Shown here piece after piece: positions 10,758-21,793 of a DNA stretch of 64,000 nt (position 1 is its first letter; every line of letters begins with the position of its first letter). The notes below the pieces were generated by a model, which saw only the letters and a program-made list of their open reading frames with translations, made no database searches and had not been told where the DNA came from. The DNA is from an uncultured Mycoplasmatota bacterium (GTDB lineage: Bacteria > Bacillota_I > Bacilli_A > RF39 > UBA660). Position numbers and translations under genes: made by a program. The stretch is taken from positions 19,586-83,585 of the forward strand of contig CANSRH010000004.1 of NCBI GenBank assembly GCA_947649365.1. Direction: 5' to 3'.

Positions 10758-11018
10758 ATGGAGGAAACAATACATAGAGTAATTCAAATAATGAATGCAT
10801 CTTATAATGGGGATTATGATCAAATTATAGCCATGTCAGAACAAACAAAAGCACTAGCAGAACAAATTGTTTTAATAGTTGGAGTAGAAACAATATCAAA
10901 CATGGGAGATTTAGAAATTGCTAAATTAGGGAAACTAATCGATGTTGGTTTTTCAATGGGATTTAAGACAGGTTTTCGACATGCTAAATCATCATTCGAT
11001 AAAGATAGAACTAGATAA
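10758..11018 (+). CDS. hypothetical protein (86 aa)
   Basis: RBS AGGAGGT, upstream TATAAT. Confidence 0.65.
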   Translation: MEETIHRVIQIMNASYNGDYDQIIAMSEQTKALAEQIVLIVGVETISNMGDLEIAKLGKLIDVGFSMGFKTGFRHAKSSFDKDRTR

Positions 11019-11103
11019 ACAATCTATTTATCGCAGAAATGCGGTTTTTTTCATTTTTCAGAATATATATTTTAGTGTTCTTTTCTCTTTCAAAAATAAA
11101 TGC

Positions 11104-11421
11104 TTATAATACAACATTCGTGATTTGGGTAAACAAAAAAACAGAGTGATTGTTTAAGATGATTTTTTTATATGTACAATCTAGATGGAGAATAGAAGAC
11201 GTAACAGAAACAATTTCACCATTTTTATAAATTTGCAAAGTAATTTCTATTTGCTCATAAAAAGCTTCGATTAATTTTTCTTCAATCTCCATTTGTTGTT
11301 CCAAAGAAAGAATTGGTTTTTTCATTTTTTCTTTTTCTTTTATCAAACCCTCAATCATTGCTTGTTGTCCTACCAAACTAGAAAAAGGAGCCCATTTAAT
11401 AATGCCACGGTCGTTATTCAT
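11104..11421 (-). CDS. YolD-like protein
   Basis: DRGIIKWAPFSSL N-terminal motif; overlaps the end of the Y-family polymerase gene. Confidence 0.9.
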   Translation of the reverse strand: MNNDRGIIKWAPFSSLVGQQAMIEGLIKEKEKMKKPILSLEQQMEIEEKLIEAFYEQIEITLQIYKNGEIVSVTSSILHLDCTYKKIILNNHSVFLFTQITNVVL

Positions 11422-12661
11422 GATGTCCTCCTATCTTTTGATTACGAGAAATTGCTGTAGAATCAGGAAGAAGACTAGAAGCTTTAAGCAAACTATTTTT
11501 TCCAAATTTTTCTTGAACTTCATCAATCGTTTTATGATAAATTTCTTTTTTTAATGTATCTTCATAAGATTCAAAAATAGACAATTGTGTCCCTGATTTT
11601 TTACTTAAACGACTACAACAAATCGTAATTTTACGAATAGGAAGATTTTCATAAAAACGTTCAAGAAGAAAAAGACAAGTATTAAAAATAATCGTATTAT
11701 CTTGCGTAGGAACTTCTAATTTTGTGGTATGAAAAAATCCATCATTGATGGTTTTGGAATAACCAATTCCCAAACCAACACATAAACATTCATAATTACT
11801 AGCTCGCATGCGACTAGTCACTACATCCACCATTTCTTCTATAATAAGTTTTCCATTTTCTTTGTAATAATCTTTAAACAGAACTTGACTATGACTAAAA
11901 GATTTTTCTTGAGTAATGATTTTAAAATCACTTATTTTAGAAGTATCTATTCCATTGGCATGATTCCATAACTCCAAACCCATGACCCCAAATTTTTCTT
12001 TCAATTTATACTTATCGTACAAAGCTAAATCTTGAATAGAAAAAATACCTAAAGCATGCAATCGTTTTTCCAAATGACTTCCAATTCCCCATAATTTTGA
12101 CAAAGGAGAAATTGCCCATAATTTTGTTTTAATCTCTTTTTCTGTCCATTTAGAAATACAATTTGGCATATGTTTTGCCTCAATATCCATTGCAACTTTA
12201 GCTAATAACATATTAGGGCCAATTCCACAAGTAGCAGTAAGTCCTGTTTTTCTTTCAATGGTTTTTAGAATTTCTAGTGCAAGAGAATAATCATCCTTTT
12301 TGTATAATTTTAAATAAGGAGTAATATCTAAAAAGCATTCATCAATCGAATACACATGTAAATCTTCTTTAGAAACATAATCAAGATAAATACTAACCAC
12401 ACTTGCAGACTTTTCCATATAAAGTTTCATTCGAGGATTCACAATGGTATAGGGAATGGTTTTAGGAATTTCATAAAGGCGAGTTCGTCCCTTTATGCCT
12501 AAACTTTTTAAATAGGGAGTCACAGCGAGTGTAATCGCACCATTTCCTTGCTTTTTATTAGCAACTACCAAAGGAGTAGTAAAAGGGTCAAGCCCTCGTT
12601 CAATACATTCGCAAGACGCAAAAAAACTTTTTAAATCAATACATAAAAAATGCTTTTCCAT
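11414..12661 (-). CDS. Y-family DNA polymerase (UvrX/YqjW/UmuC type)
   Basis: CIDLKSFFASCE, YSIDECFLD, GIGPNMLLAK, C-terminal RNQKIGGH. Confidence 0.93.
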   Translation of the reverse strand: MEKHFLCIDLKSFFASCECIERGLDPFTTPLVVANKKQGNGAITLAVTPYLKSLGIKGRTRLYEIPKTIPYTIVNPRMKLYMEKSASVVSIYLDYVSKEDLHVYSIDECFLDITPYLKLYKKDDYSLALEILKTIERKTGLTATCGIGPNMLLAKVAMDIEAKHMPNCISKWTEKEIKTKLWAISPLSKLWGIGSHLEKRLHALGIFSIQDLALYDKYKLKEKFGVMGLELWNHANGIDTSKISDFKIITQEKSFSHSQVLFKDYYKENGKLIIEEMVDVVTSRMRASNYECLCVGLGIGYSKTINDGFFHTTKLEVPTQDNTIIFNTCLFLLERFYENLPIRKITICCSRLSKKSGTQLSIFESYEDTLKKEIYHKTIDEVQEKFGKNSLLKASSLLPDSTAISRNQKIGGHHE

Positions 12662-12671
12662 ATCCTTCCTC

Positions 12672-12685
12672 CGAACAAACGTTTC
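12672..12685. promoter_or_regulatory. Gram-positive LexA (SOS/Cheo) box
   Basis: CGAACAAACGTTTC matches CGAACRNRYGTTYC and abuts the RBS of the Y-family polymerase. Confidence 0.85.
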
Positions 12686-12776
12686 TGTAAAAAGTATAGC
12701 AAAACAAAAGGAAAATGCAACTGGTAAGATTTAACAAAAATATGATATACTTATTAAAGAGTAGGAGTTTGGAGTT

Positions 12777-14471
12777 ATGAAAACGAATGGATTTCAAGTA
12801 CAAATTAGTCATGTATGTGAAGAAGTTTTAATTGGGAAAAAGAAGAAAAAAATTTTAAGCGAATTAACACTTAATGTAGAAAAAGGAGAGTTCATCGCTA
12901 TTGTTGGTTGTTCTGGTGCTGGAAAAACAACTCTTATGAATATACTAAGTGGATACAACCAACCTAGTAAAGGAAAAGTCTACATAGAGGGATTAGATTT
13001 ATTAAAAGAAGAAGAATATTTTAAAGGAAAAATCGCTTATGTACCGCAAGAAGAAATATTAGATCAAACCTTAACTTTACAAAAATCATTGGAATATTCT
13101 TTAAAATTGAGAATGAAAAATAAAACCAAAAAGGAAAGAATCGCAACAATCAATTATGTATTAAAAACATTGGAACTCTCTCATGTTCGAAATACGCTCA
13201 TAAAAAACTTAAGTGGAGGAGAAAAAAAGCGAGCTTCTATTGCAACAGAAATGTTAAGTGATCCCCATTTATTTCTATTAGATGAACCAACTAGTGGACT
13301 AGATGCCAATATTGAGAAAAAAATTATGTTAAAATTAAGAGAAATAGCTGACACAGGAAAAACGATTATTATCACTGCTCATACTATATCCAATTTACAT
13401 ATATGTGACAAAGTTTTATTTATGGGTACAGAGGGAAGAATTTGTTACTTTGGCCCCTATCAAGATATCTTTAACTATTTTCATGTTCAAGAATTCGTGA
13501 ATATTTATGATATATTAAAAAATGATTCAAAAAACTGGTACAAAAAATATTTAGAATCTCAAAAAGAAATAGAAATCGTTGCGGATACAAAAATAAAAAA
13601 CAAAAAAAGAGTTGGTTTTTTTAGCCAAACAGCCACGTTAGTAAAACGATATGTTTCTTCTTTAAAAAATAATAAATTTATGTTAGCTCTTCTTCTTGGA
13701 CAAGCAGTATTAATGGCACTTTGTATTTGTGTAGCAACAGAAAAAGAAAGTATTTTAAATCCTGTTACAGCAGCCATGATGTGTATTGCGTTTACCCTAG
13801 CTTCTATTTGGTTGGGACTTTTTAACACCATTCAAGAAATTGTGAAAGAAAGAGATATGTTAAAAAAAGAATACATGAGTGGACTCAATTTTGCTTCCTA
13901 TATTGTTTCCAAAATTATTGTTGTTGCTGTTCTTTGTTTATACCAATCCATTGTTTGTGTAACCATTGTTTATTTCCATCTCGATCCACGACCTCAAGAT
14001 GTACTATTTACAAATACTTTATTAGATTTCATTATTAACTTCTTCTTAATCACATTTTCAACAAGTAGTATAGGCTTATTAATCTCTTCTTTAGTAAAAG
14101 AAACCAAAACAACGCTTATTCTATCGCCACTTTATATGATGGTACAAATGCTTTTTTCAGGAATGTTTGTTCCTTTTGTAAATGTAACTAGAAAGATTTC
14201 CTATTTTACTTCAGGAAGATGGGGATATGAAAGCTTTGGAACCATTAGTAACATAACAAAATATGGAGTACTAGAGCCAAGCGAAAGCTTCTTTCAGTTT
14301 AATAATTTGCATCTTTTAAGTATTTGGACAATTATGATAATCGTTTCTTTATTGTTTTTAATTTTAAGTGTTTGTTCTATTCGTATTACAATATTAAATA
14401 AAAAGAATTATGGCCTTGTTTTATTAGAAGAAAAATCAAAAGTAAAAAGAAAAAAAATTTATAGAAAGTAG
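12777..14471 (+). CDS. ABC transporter, fused ATP-binding + ABC-2 permease (ABCG-like topology)
   Basis: GCSGAGKTT, LSGGEKKRA, LDEPTSGLD, then about 6 TM helices with EIVKER motif. Confidence 0.9.
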   Translation: MKTNGFQVQISHVCEEVLIGKKKKKILSELTLNVEKGEFIAIVGCSGAGKTTLMNILSGYNQPSKGKVYIEGLDLLKEEEYFKGKIAYVPQEEILDQTLTLQKSLEYSLKLRMKNKTKKERIATINYVLKTLELSHVRNTLIKNLSGGEKKRASIATEMLSDPHLFLLDEPTSGLDANIEKKIMLKLREIADTGKTIIITAHTISNLHICDKVLFMGTEGRICYFGPYQDIFNYFHVQEFVNIYDILKNDSKNWYKKYLESQKEIEIVADTKIKNKKRVGFFSQTATLVKRYVSSLKNNKFMLALLLGQAVLMALCICVATEKESILNPVTAAMMCIAFTLASIWLGLFNTIQEIVKERDMLKKEYMSGLNFASYIVSKIIVVAVLCLYQSIVCVTIVYFHLDPRPQDVLFTNTLLDFIINFFLITFSTSSIGLLISSLVKETKTTLILSPLYMMVQMLFSGMFVPFVNVTRKISYFTSGRWGYESFGTISNITKYGVLEPSESFFQFNNLHLLSIWTIMIIVSLLFLILSVCSIRITILNKKNYGLVLLEEKSKVKRKKIYRK

Positions 14472-14480
14472 GAATGAAAA

Positions 14481-14846
14481 ATGACAATAAAAATAATAGA
14501 AGAAGAATTTTCTGTTTGTAAAGTAACGGATAGAAGAGAACTAAATTTAGATGCTAAATATGTATTCTTAGGAAAAACAGACGAAGAAATCTCTTGTGTT
14601 TGTGACACAAAAAATATTCCCCAAAAATATACCGATTTAGAACAAGGGTGGAAAATGTTAAAAATAGAGGGCATACTTGATTTTTCACTGATTGGTATTT
14701 TATCCAAAATTTCTACTATTTTAGCAGAAGAAAATATAGGAATATTTGTTGTTTCTACTTACAATACAGACTATATTTTAATAAAAAAAGAAAACTTAGA
14801 AAAAGCGGTAAAGGCATTAAAACAAGCCAAATATAAAATTGTATGA
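14481..14846 (+). CDS. ACT domain protein (CASTOR-type ACT)
   Basis: TDEEIS, GILDFSLIGIL, IFVVSTYNTDYILIK. Confidence 0.9.
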   Translation: MTIKIIEEEFSVCKVTDRRELNLDAKYVFLGKTDEEISCVCDTKNIPQKYTDLEQGWKMLKIEGILDFSLIGILSKISTILAEENIGIFVVSTYNTDYILIKKENLEKAVKALKQAKYKIV

Positions 14847-14874
14847 TACAATAAATAAAAAAATAGGTGATCTT

Positions 14875-15756
14875 ATGAAAGGGAAAAATGCAGCATTCTC
14901 ATGGAGTATTATTCATTCCATTGGAGATACATTAGAAGAAAAAATATTACTTACATTTAATGAAGCAAAGTACTTGTTTTGGTTAAATATCGTCATTGGC
15001 ATTTTTGTTGGTATATTTTCACTATTTAATACAATTGAAATGTCCTTCCTTTCTTTTTTGGTAACTACTTTGTATGCATTATCTATGGCAGGTGGAGATT
15101 TTTGTTATGCAAAAGCCATTCAAACATTACCCATTGGACTTGCCAACTTAATTGATTCAGGAAGTTTATTTTTAATTCTTCTTTGTGATATTTTTTTAGG
15201 GTACATCAAGCCAAAACCCATTTTTTTACTTTTATTTGTCATCTTTTTCATCGCCATCTATGTTTTTTCTTATGAAACCAATAAAATGAAAAAGGAAATC
15301 AAAAACAAAAAAATAGATTTAAAAAATATTTTTATATTAATTACATCTACTATCTTTTATGCATCAGAACCTTATTTTTTAAAACTAGCTACCAGTAAAG
15401 GTGGAAATGAATATGGAATCAATTTCATATTTTATTTAGTATCTATTCCTATTTATTATGCATTACTTCATCATGAAAAGAAAAAATACCAAATAAAAAA
15501 ATTAGAAAAACAAGAGCAAAAACTATTTTTTCGCTATATTTTCCTATTAGGAGGAATTTATTCCATCACCACCATTTTAAGTACGATTGCTTATGCAAAC
15601 GGAACACCAATTATCATTACTCTAATTATGAAATTACAACTTTTCCTAGTTGTAATTATTTCAGTGATTCGTAAAACAGATAAAATGAACTGGAAAAAAG
15701 TAGTCTCTTTATTAGTAGGAATACTTTGCATTATAATTATGACATTTATAAGTTAG
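14875..15756 (+). CDS. EamA/DMT family membrane transporter
   Basis: About 10 TM helices in two repeats; start moved to ATG 14875 after AGGTGA. Confidence 0.7.
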   Translation: MKGKNAAFSWSIIHSIGDTLEEKILLTFNEAKYLFWLNIVIGIFVGIFSLFNTIEMSFLSFLVTTLYALSMAGGDFCYAKAIQTLPIGLANLIDSGSLFLILLCDIFLGYIKPKPIFLLLFVIFFIAIYVFSYETNKMKKEIKNKKIDLKNIFILITSTIFYASEPYFLKLATSKGGNEYGINFIFYLVSIPIYYALLHHEKKKYQIKKLEKQEQKLFFRYIFLLGGIYSITTILSTIAYANGTPIIITLIMKLQLFLVVIISVIRKTDKMNWKKVVSLLVGILCIIIMTFIS

Positions 15757-15769
15757 AAAGAAGGAAAAA

Positions 15770-16081
15770 ATGGAAAAAATTTGTGTTGAAGGAATAGAAT
15801 TTTCCAAAAATGTATATGAAAGAAACTTAAATGTTTTTAGAGAAGGACTTGCTCATTCAAGTTTATCTTGTGAAAAAGTATTTGAAGAATTATTAGATAT
15901 TGAAGAAAAAGATAAAGAGAGTATAGTATTAAAGGATTTAGATAATAAAATTGATATTATTTTATCCTATACATGTCCTTATAAATATTTACCAAGAGAA
16001 ATATTTTTAGAAGGAGTAGATCAATCTACAGTAGATAATTCAACTGAATACTTTTTAGATAAAATAGAAGAGTTTAAATGA
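15770..16081 (+). CDS. hypothetical acidic protein
   Basis: RBS AAGGA; no recognised motif. Confidence 0.65.
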   Translation: MEKICVEGIEFSKNVYERNLNVFREGLAHSSLSCEKVFEELLDIEEKDKESIVLKDLDNKIDIILSYTCPYKYLPREIFLEGVDQSTVDNSTEYFLDKIEEFK

Positions 16082-16368
16082 GTGGATTCTAAAAAAGTTA
16101 TTATAAATTATATATAAATAAAGAGAAAAAGTATATTTTAATTAATTTAGAACCTTAAAATTATCAAAAAGTTTTTTTCGTAAGTGCGAAAAGTATTGGT
16201 GGTGCAACTCTGAGACTCAAAAATCCTTAAATTTAAGGTTTTTGAAATTTTGTGGTGCATATCTTGTTGTAGTATAATTTTTAACTTTTTTATGTATTTA
16301 TAGGAATTATACATGATTTAAGTTATAATTTAATTAGGTATTTTTATAATATATTCGGGAGGTGAATT

Positions 16369-17391
16369 ATGCAAACTTTACAGATAAGAAATTCAACAGC
16401 AGAATTTTTAATTTTTACAAAGCAAAATAAAGAAAGAACAATAGAAGTTATAGTAGATGATGAATCAGTATGGCTTAGCCAAAAATTAATTGCTGAGCTT
16501 TTTGATACAACTAGAAATAATGTTACAATGCATTTAAACAATATTTTAGAACACGAATTAGATAGAAATTCAGTATGTAAGGATTTCTTACATACTGCCG
16601 AAGATGGAAAGAATTATAAGACTAAATACTATAATTTGGATGCCATTATTTCAGTTGGTTTTAAAGTTAATAGTAAAAGAGCAATAGAATTTAGATTGTG
16701 GGCAATTAATGTATTAAAACAATATTCTGTTAAAGGATATGTTTTAGATAAAGAAAGACTTAAAAATGGAACTTTTTTAAATGAAAGTTATTTTGATGAA
16801 TTACTTCAAGAGATTAGAGAAATTAGAATAAGTGAAAGAAATTTTTATCAAAAAATTACTGATATTTATGCTACTAGTTTAGATTATAATGTAACTTCTC
16901 CTACAACAAAAGAATTTTTTAAAACCGTTCAAAATAAAATGCATTATGCCACACATGGTAATACTGCTGCAGAAGTTATAGTAGAAAGAGCAAATCATAA
17001 AGAAGAACATATGGGACTTACGACTTGGAAAAATTCTCCAAATGGTAAAATAATGGCAACTGATGTTGTTGTTGCAAAAAATTATTTGACAAAAGATGAA
17101 CTTAAGTCTTTAGAAAGAATTGTTACAATGTATTTGGATTATGCAGAAGATCAAGCTGAAAGGCATATTCTGATGACAATGGAAGATTGGAAAAAAAGAT
17201 TAGATGTATTTTTACAATTCAATGAAAGAGAAGTATTAGATAATCCAGGTAAAGTTTCTCATAAAATTGCTGAAAGTTTTGCTTTATCAGAGTTTGAAAA
17301 ATACAGAATAATACAAGATAAATTATTCGAATCGGATTTTGATAAGTTTATGATTGAAGTAAAAAATGAAAATATTGAGGAGAAAAGTTAA
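16369..17391 (+). CDS. RhuM family protein
   Basis: VWLSQKLIAELF, YNLDAIISVG, REIRISERNFYQKITDIYATS, VQNKMHYA; RBS GGAGGTG. Confidence 0.92.
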   Translation: MQTLQIRNSTAEFLIFTKQNKERTIEVIVDDESVWLSQKLIAELFDTTRNNVTMHLNNILEHELDRNSVCKDFLHTAEDGKNYKTKYYNLDAIISVGFKVNSKRAIEFRLWAINVLKQYSVKGYVLDKERLKNGTFLNESYFDELLQEIREIRISERNFYQKITDIYATSLDYNVTSPTTKEFFKTVQNKMHYATHGNTAAEVIVERANHKEEHMGLTTWKNSPNGKIMATDVVVAKNYLTKDELKSLERIVTMYLDYAEDQAERHILMTMEDWKKRLDVFLQFNEREVLDNPGKVSHKIAESFALSEFEKYRIIQDKLFESDFDKFMIEVKNENIEEKS

Positions 17392-18257
17392 TGGGAAATA
17401 TAGAATTTATTAATAATGTATGTACGGAAGATGGTTTAAAGTTACCTATGGTTCACTTTGAAAGTAGGAAAAAAGATATATGTGTTATTTGTATTCATGG
17501 TATGTGTGGAACAATAATTGATAACTATTAAGCTACGGTGTGGGGAAAACTTTTAGTAGAAAAAAATATTGGATTTATCTATGAACATAATAGAGGTCAC
17601 TCTATTGAAAACGATATTGTTATGAAAGATGGATCATTTAAAAGATGTGGCTGTATGTATGAAATATTTGATGATTGTGTTTATGATATAGATTTAGCGA
17701 TACAAACTGCAAAAGATAAAGGATATAAAAAAATTATTTTATTAGGACACAGTTATGGATGTAATAAAGTAATTTACTATTATTATAAAAAACATCCAAA
17801 TATTTTAGGAATAATACTTGCAAGTGCCCCTGACATGATTGGATCGCATTTTGCACAATCAGATGATTATAAAGAATTACTTAAAGAGGCAAAAGAAAAT
17901 ATAGATAATAATGAACCAGAAAAATTACTTCACAAAATGATTGAAGATTACATGTATATGAGTTCTAAGACTTATTATAATTGGTATAATGACAATTCAG
18001 AGCTAAATAATCTACCTGTTATTTCAAATCCAGAACGTTGGAATCAATTTGAAACAATCGATGTTCCAATTCTTACTTTTTCAGGATCTAAAGAAGAAGA
18101 TTATTATTTACATTTAGATTTATTAAAAGATAAAGCGATAAGATGTAAAAATTTTGAATACAAAATAATAGAAAATACAGAACATACCTATAAAAATAAA
18201 GAAACAGAAATTGGTAATTTAATTTTAAATTGGATTAAAAAATTAGAAATTGACTAA
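17391..18257 (+). pseudogene. alpha/beta hydrolase (DUF1749-like) interrupted by an in-frame TAA at 17529-17531
   Basis: ATG 17391 (TAATG overlap) gives ..CIHGMCG..DNY*ATVWG.., in frame with ORF 17538..18257, which carries the GHSYG nucleophile elbow. Confidence 0.75.
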
Positions 18258-18260
18258 GAA

Positions 18261-18445
18261 TCATTCTCAGCTGGAAATGGAAGAACGGGTAGAATGCTTT
18301 TAAATAGAAATTTATTAATGATAATAATGAGGAAGAATTTGCTATGTGGTTACTAGAAAATTCAAATCAAACCCTAACTTTATGGGAGGCTGAATTGCAT
18401 AGTTATGAAAATTTAAAAAGAAGAGATTCATCAACATTTTTTTAA
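18261..18445 (+). pseudogene. Fic-domain gene fragment
   Basis: SFSAGNGRTGRMLLN corresponds to the Fic motif HPFxDGNGRxxR; no start codon, frame broken afterwards. Confidence 0.65.
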
Positions 18446-18521
18446 AAGAAAATAGAAACAGTAATTTATAATTATTTTATTCTTAAAGAATAAAATAGTA
18501 AAAAGAAGTCAGGAGTGACAT

Positions 18522-19409
18522 ATGAAACAAGAATTAGAACAATTACAAGTAGGAGAAGTTTTTGAAAATAAGAATATCAAAGACTTAACAACTTTTAAAT
18601 TAAGTGCCAAAGCAGACTTTTTAGTCTTACCAGAAAGTATAGAGAAGTTAATTAAATTATTGCAGTTTTTAAAGGAAAAAAGAATAAAACACAAAGTTAT
18701 TGGGAAAGGTTCCAATTTGATTTTTATTGGAGATTACAAAGGAGTTTTAATAAGACTAGATAAATTCTCTGAATTGAAAATAGAAGAGAATAAAATAATC
18801 GTTGGAGCAGGATACTCCCTCATGAAACTTGCTTTAGAACTTTCAAAACTAGGGTATACAGGAATGGAATGGGCAACAGGAATACCAGGGACAGTTGGAG
18901 GCTCTCTTGTAAACAATGCAGGAGCATACCTTTCGGATATGGAGAAAGTAGTAACGAAAGCCAAAATCTTAACTCCAGATTACAGAGTAGTAGAATACAC
19001 AAACGAAGACATAGCTTTTCAATATCGTAGTTCAGGATTGCAATATAAAAATGATTATATTTGTTTAGAAGTAGAGTTTACTTTAGAAAAAGGGAATATT
19101 GCAGAAATTGAAGAAACAATCAAAAAAAGAAGAGAAAAAAGAATAAACGATCAACCGCTAGAATTTCCATCAGCAGGAAGCGTTTTTAGAAATCCTAAAA
19201 CGACTTCTGCCTGGAAATTGATTGAATCTTTGGGATTAAAAGGGAAACATATTGGAGATGCAGAGGTAAGTCTTAAACATGCCAATTTCATTATTAACAA
19301 AGGAAACGCAACAGGAAATGACATAAAAAAACTGATTTTAGAAATCAAAGAAAAAGTAAAAAAGGAATACAATATTGATTTAATATGTGAACAAGAATTT
19401 GTAGAATAA
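18522..19409 (+). CDS. murB: UDP-N-acetylenolpyruvoylglucosamine reductase
   Basis: GKGSNL, GIPGTVGG, NAGAY, QPLEFPSAGSVFRNP, KHANFIIN. Confidence 0.97.
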   Translation: MKQELEQLQVGEVFENKNIKDLTTFKLSAKADFLVLPESIEKLIKLLQFLKEKRIKHKVIGKGSNLIFIGDYKGVLIRLDKFSELKIEENKIIVGAGYSLMKLALELSKLGYTGMEWATGIPGTVGGSLVNNAGAYLSDMEKVVTKAKILTPDYRVVEYTNEDIAFQYRSSGLQYKNDYICLEVEFTLEKGNIAEIEETIKKRREKRINDQPLEFPSAGSVFRNPKTTSAWKLIESLGLKGKHIGDAEVSLKHANFIINKGNATGNDIKKLILEIKEKVKKEYNIDLICEQEFVE

Positions 19410-19427
19410 TTCTTGTTTTTCTTTTTA

Positions 19428-19457
19428 TTGACAAAGCCATCGGGGGAGGGGTACAAT
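19428..19457 (+). promoter_or_regulatory. sigma-A promoter with G-tract spacer
   Basis: TTGACA-18 nt (ending CGGGGGAGGGG)-TACAAT. Confidence 0.7.
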
Positions 19458-19479
19458 ACTACATGTTTGAAAGGAAAAG

Positions 19480-21679
19480 ATGATAGAAATGTTTATCAAA
19501 AATAAAAGAAAAGCAAGATATATAGGTGCCTTAACAATTGCTACAGTATTATCTTTTATGGGATGTAGAAAAGAAGAAATAAAAGTAGAAAAGACTGCTG
19601 AAGAAAATATTGAAGAAGTAATTTCACAAGAAAAAGAGAAAACTTTTTTGCTATCTTCTTGTCAAGTTATTGTAGAAAATTTTCCTGATGGAAGTGTAAA
19701 ACATCATTTTATTACCACTGAGGATTGGGAAATGTATGATATAGTTAGAATAGAAAAAGAAACATATACAGAATCTAAATATGAATATAAAGCCATCACA
19801 GATGAAAATTTAGTCTTTTCTGATTTAATAATTCGCTATAATGAAAGTTATCAAAAATACGAAAAAATTCCTGAAACCGATGGAAAGTATATTTTTGATT
19901 ACAATATTCCTTATTTTAAAATGGATGTAAGAAATATAAAATTGCCAGAAGGCTATGTTTTGTTTTATCACTATAATGTAAAAGAATTTAGGGAATTAGA
20001 AGAAAAATTGGATGCTTCTCTTTACAATCAAAAGGAAAAAGATGAATATTATACAAACGCTTTGTTACTAATCAAAATATTTGATGAATACATGTGTATT
20101 GATTGCTCAGGTCTTTCTGGTTCTAAAGAATGGATTTGTGAGAGCACTGACCCATATGATGAAAAAAAATTAGAAAAATTTATTTATCTTCCAATCGTAG
20201 GAAATAATACTTTTAATTTAAAGGTGCGAGAAGCAAAAGGAGAAGATGCGGTATTTAACGTTTTTGAAAAATCATACGCATATGAAACCACTTCACTTGA
20301 TCAAACAATACGTAATGATTTAAGAGGAAGTATAAGTAAAATTCAACTATTATCTAATTATTTAAGTTATGAACAATGGTAATAATTTATGGATTTCCAA
20401 AAAAGAAAATACAAGTAAAAAAGTATTACCAAAAGAATTTTATGAAAAGTTAAATACCTTAATAAGAGAAAGTGATATAAATCATCTTTATCTTGAAAAT
20501 ATAGATGATGATACGATAGATCTAAGTCAAATAGATACGTCAAAAATAACAGAAAATACTCTTAATTTTACGGATTTTGAAGGTAGCCTTGATTGTTCTA
20601 CTTTAACTGGTACAATGAAAATAGATTTTATAAATACAAATGGAGAAAGTGCGGCAAAAATATTATCTACTTGCAAAGATAAACAGATGTCTATAAATTG
20701 GGAAGAAACAGAAAAGTATGAATTAAAAAGTTTCTTAAAAGGCATAACAAAAAAGAACATAAGTCTTCATGAATGTTATATACGAGAAAGAAATTTAGAA
20801 AGAAGTATTACACAAGAAGTGTTTACTTTAATAAGTAAAGTAAATGCTGAATATGTAAGAATTGATGCAGATGGATTTAAAAATCCTATTAACTTAGATT
20901 TAGAATTAAATCCCAAAATTGAAAGTATATGTATAACTGCTTATGAATATCAAAAATCTTGGGAACCAGATGAATATCACAATGCCGAATTAGGAAACAT
21001 TAAAATAAAATCAGAGAATAAAGAATTATTCTGTTCTTTTCATCAAACGGATATTACTAAAAATACAAGATTTTTTTTGCCAGACTCTATAAATCTTTAT
21101 TTGCTTGATTTGAATGTGACAGATATCAGAGCATTTAAAGATTTAAAAAATTGTAGAAGGCTACTTTTTAATGAAATTTCAGAAGTAGGTATTTATGCAG
21201 GTGATATGGTTTACGATGCTAAAGAGATGCCTAGTAGTATAATGGGAGAACTACCATATAATGATTATAACGAGTTCTTAAAAGACTTAGATTCTTTCTT
21301 TAAACTAAAGCAGTTAAAAGAAAGAATGAATCTTGTTGAGAAGTATAGCTATCGCATAAAAAAAGGAATTGGGGCTTATGCAACTCTTGAAAATGCAGAT
21401 GTTCCAGTTTATCAATCACTAGAAGATTTAAATAACAAACAAAATCCACTTTCTTCCTATTTTGGAAGTGATGAATTAAGATGTATTAGTTCTATTTGTC
21501 TAGCAAACGAAGAACAAGAAGTGAATGTAAATAGTATGGAAATTTGCGAAAAATACTTAGATGAGGGATACGAAATAATTGGAGTTACTTTCATAAACAT
21601 TTATGCAACTTCGAAAGAAGATAGGGAAGTTTATATTTCGATAGAAAATGTACAATTAGCTCTTTTACCATTCAAATAA
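19480..21679 (+). pseudogene. surface lipoprotein with LRR-like region, split by a frameshift near 20366-20380 (ORFs 19480..20382 and 20369..21679)
   Basis: Lipobox LSFMGC in the first ORF; second ORF has no signal or RBS; joined product aligns across the junction with the intact paralogue 21794..23467. Confidence 0.7.
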
Positions 21680-21736
21680 ATAAGAGTAATCAAAATTAGT
21701 TTGATGCTCTTTTTTTCAAATAATTCTTGTTTTTTG

Positions 21737-21766
21737 TTGACAAAAAAGTTGGGGAGGGGGTAACAT
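21737..21766 (+). promoter_or_regulatory. sigma-A-like promoter with G-tract spacer (duplicate of the 19428 promoter region)
   Basis: TTGACA-18 nt (ending GGGGAGGGGG)-TAACAT, followed by the same ATGTTTGAAAGGAAAA leader. Confidence 0.6.
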
Positions 21767-21793
21767 ATTATATGTTTGAAAGGAAAAAGAAAA

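Noticed and set aside
17529-17531. TAA readthrough or recoding (also at 45781)
   Set aside because: TAA is the main stop codon in the window; point mutation or sequencing error is simpler
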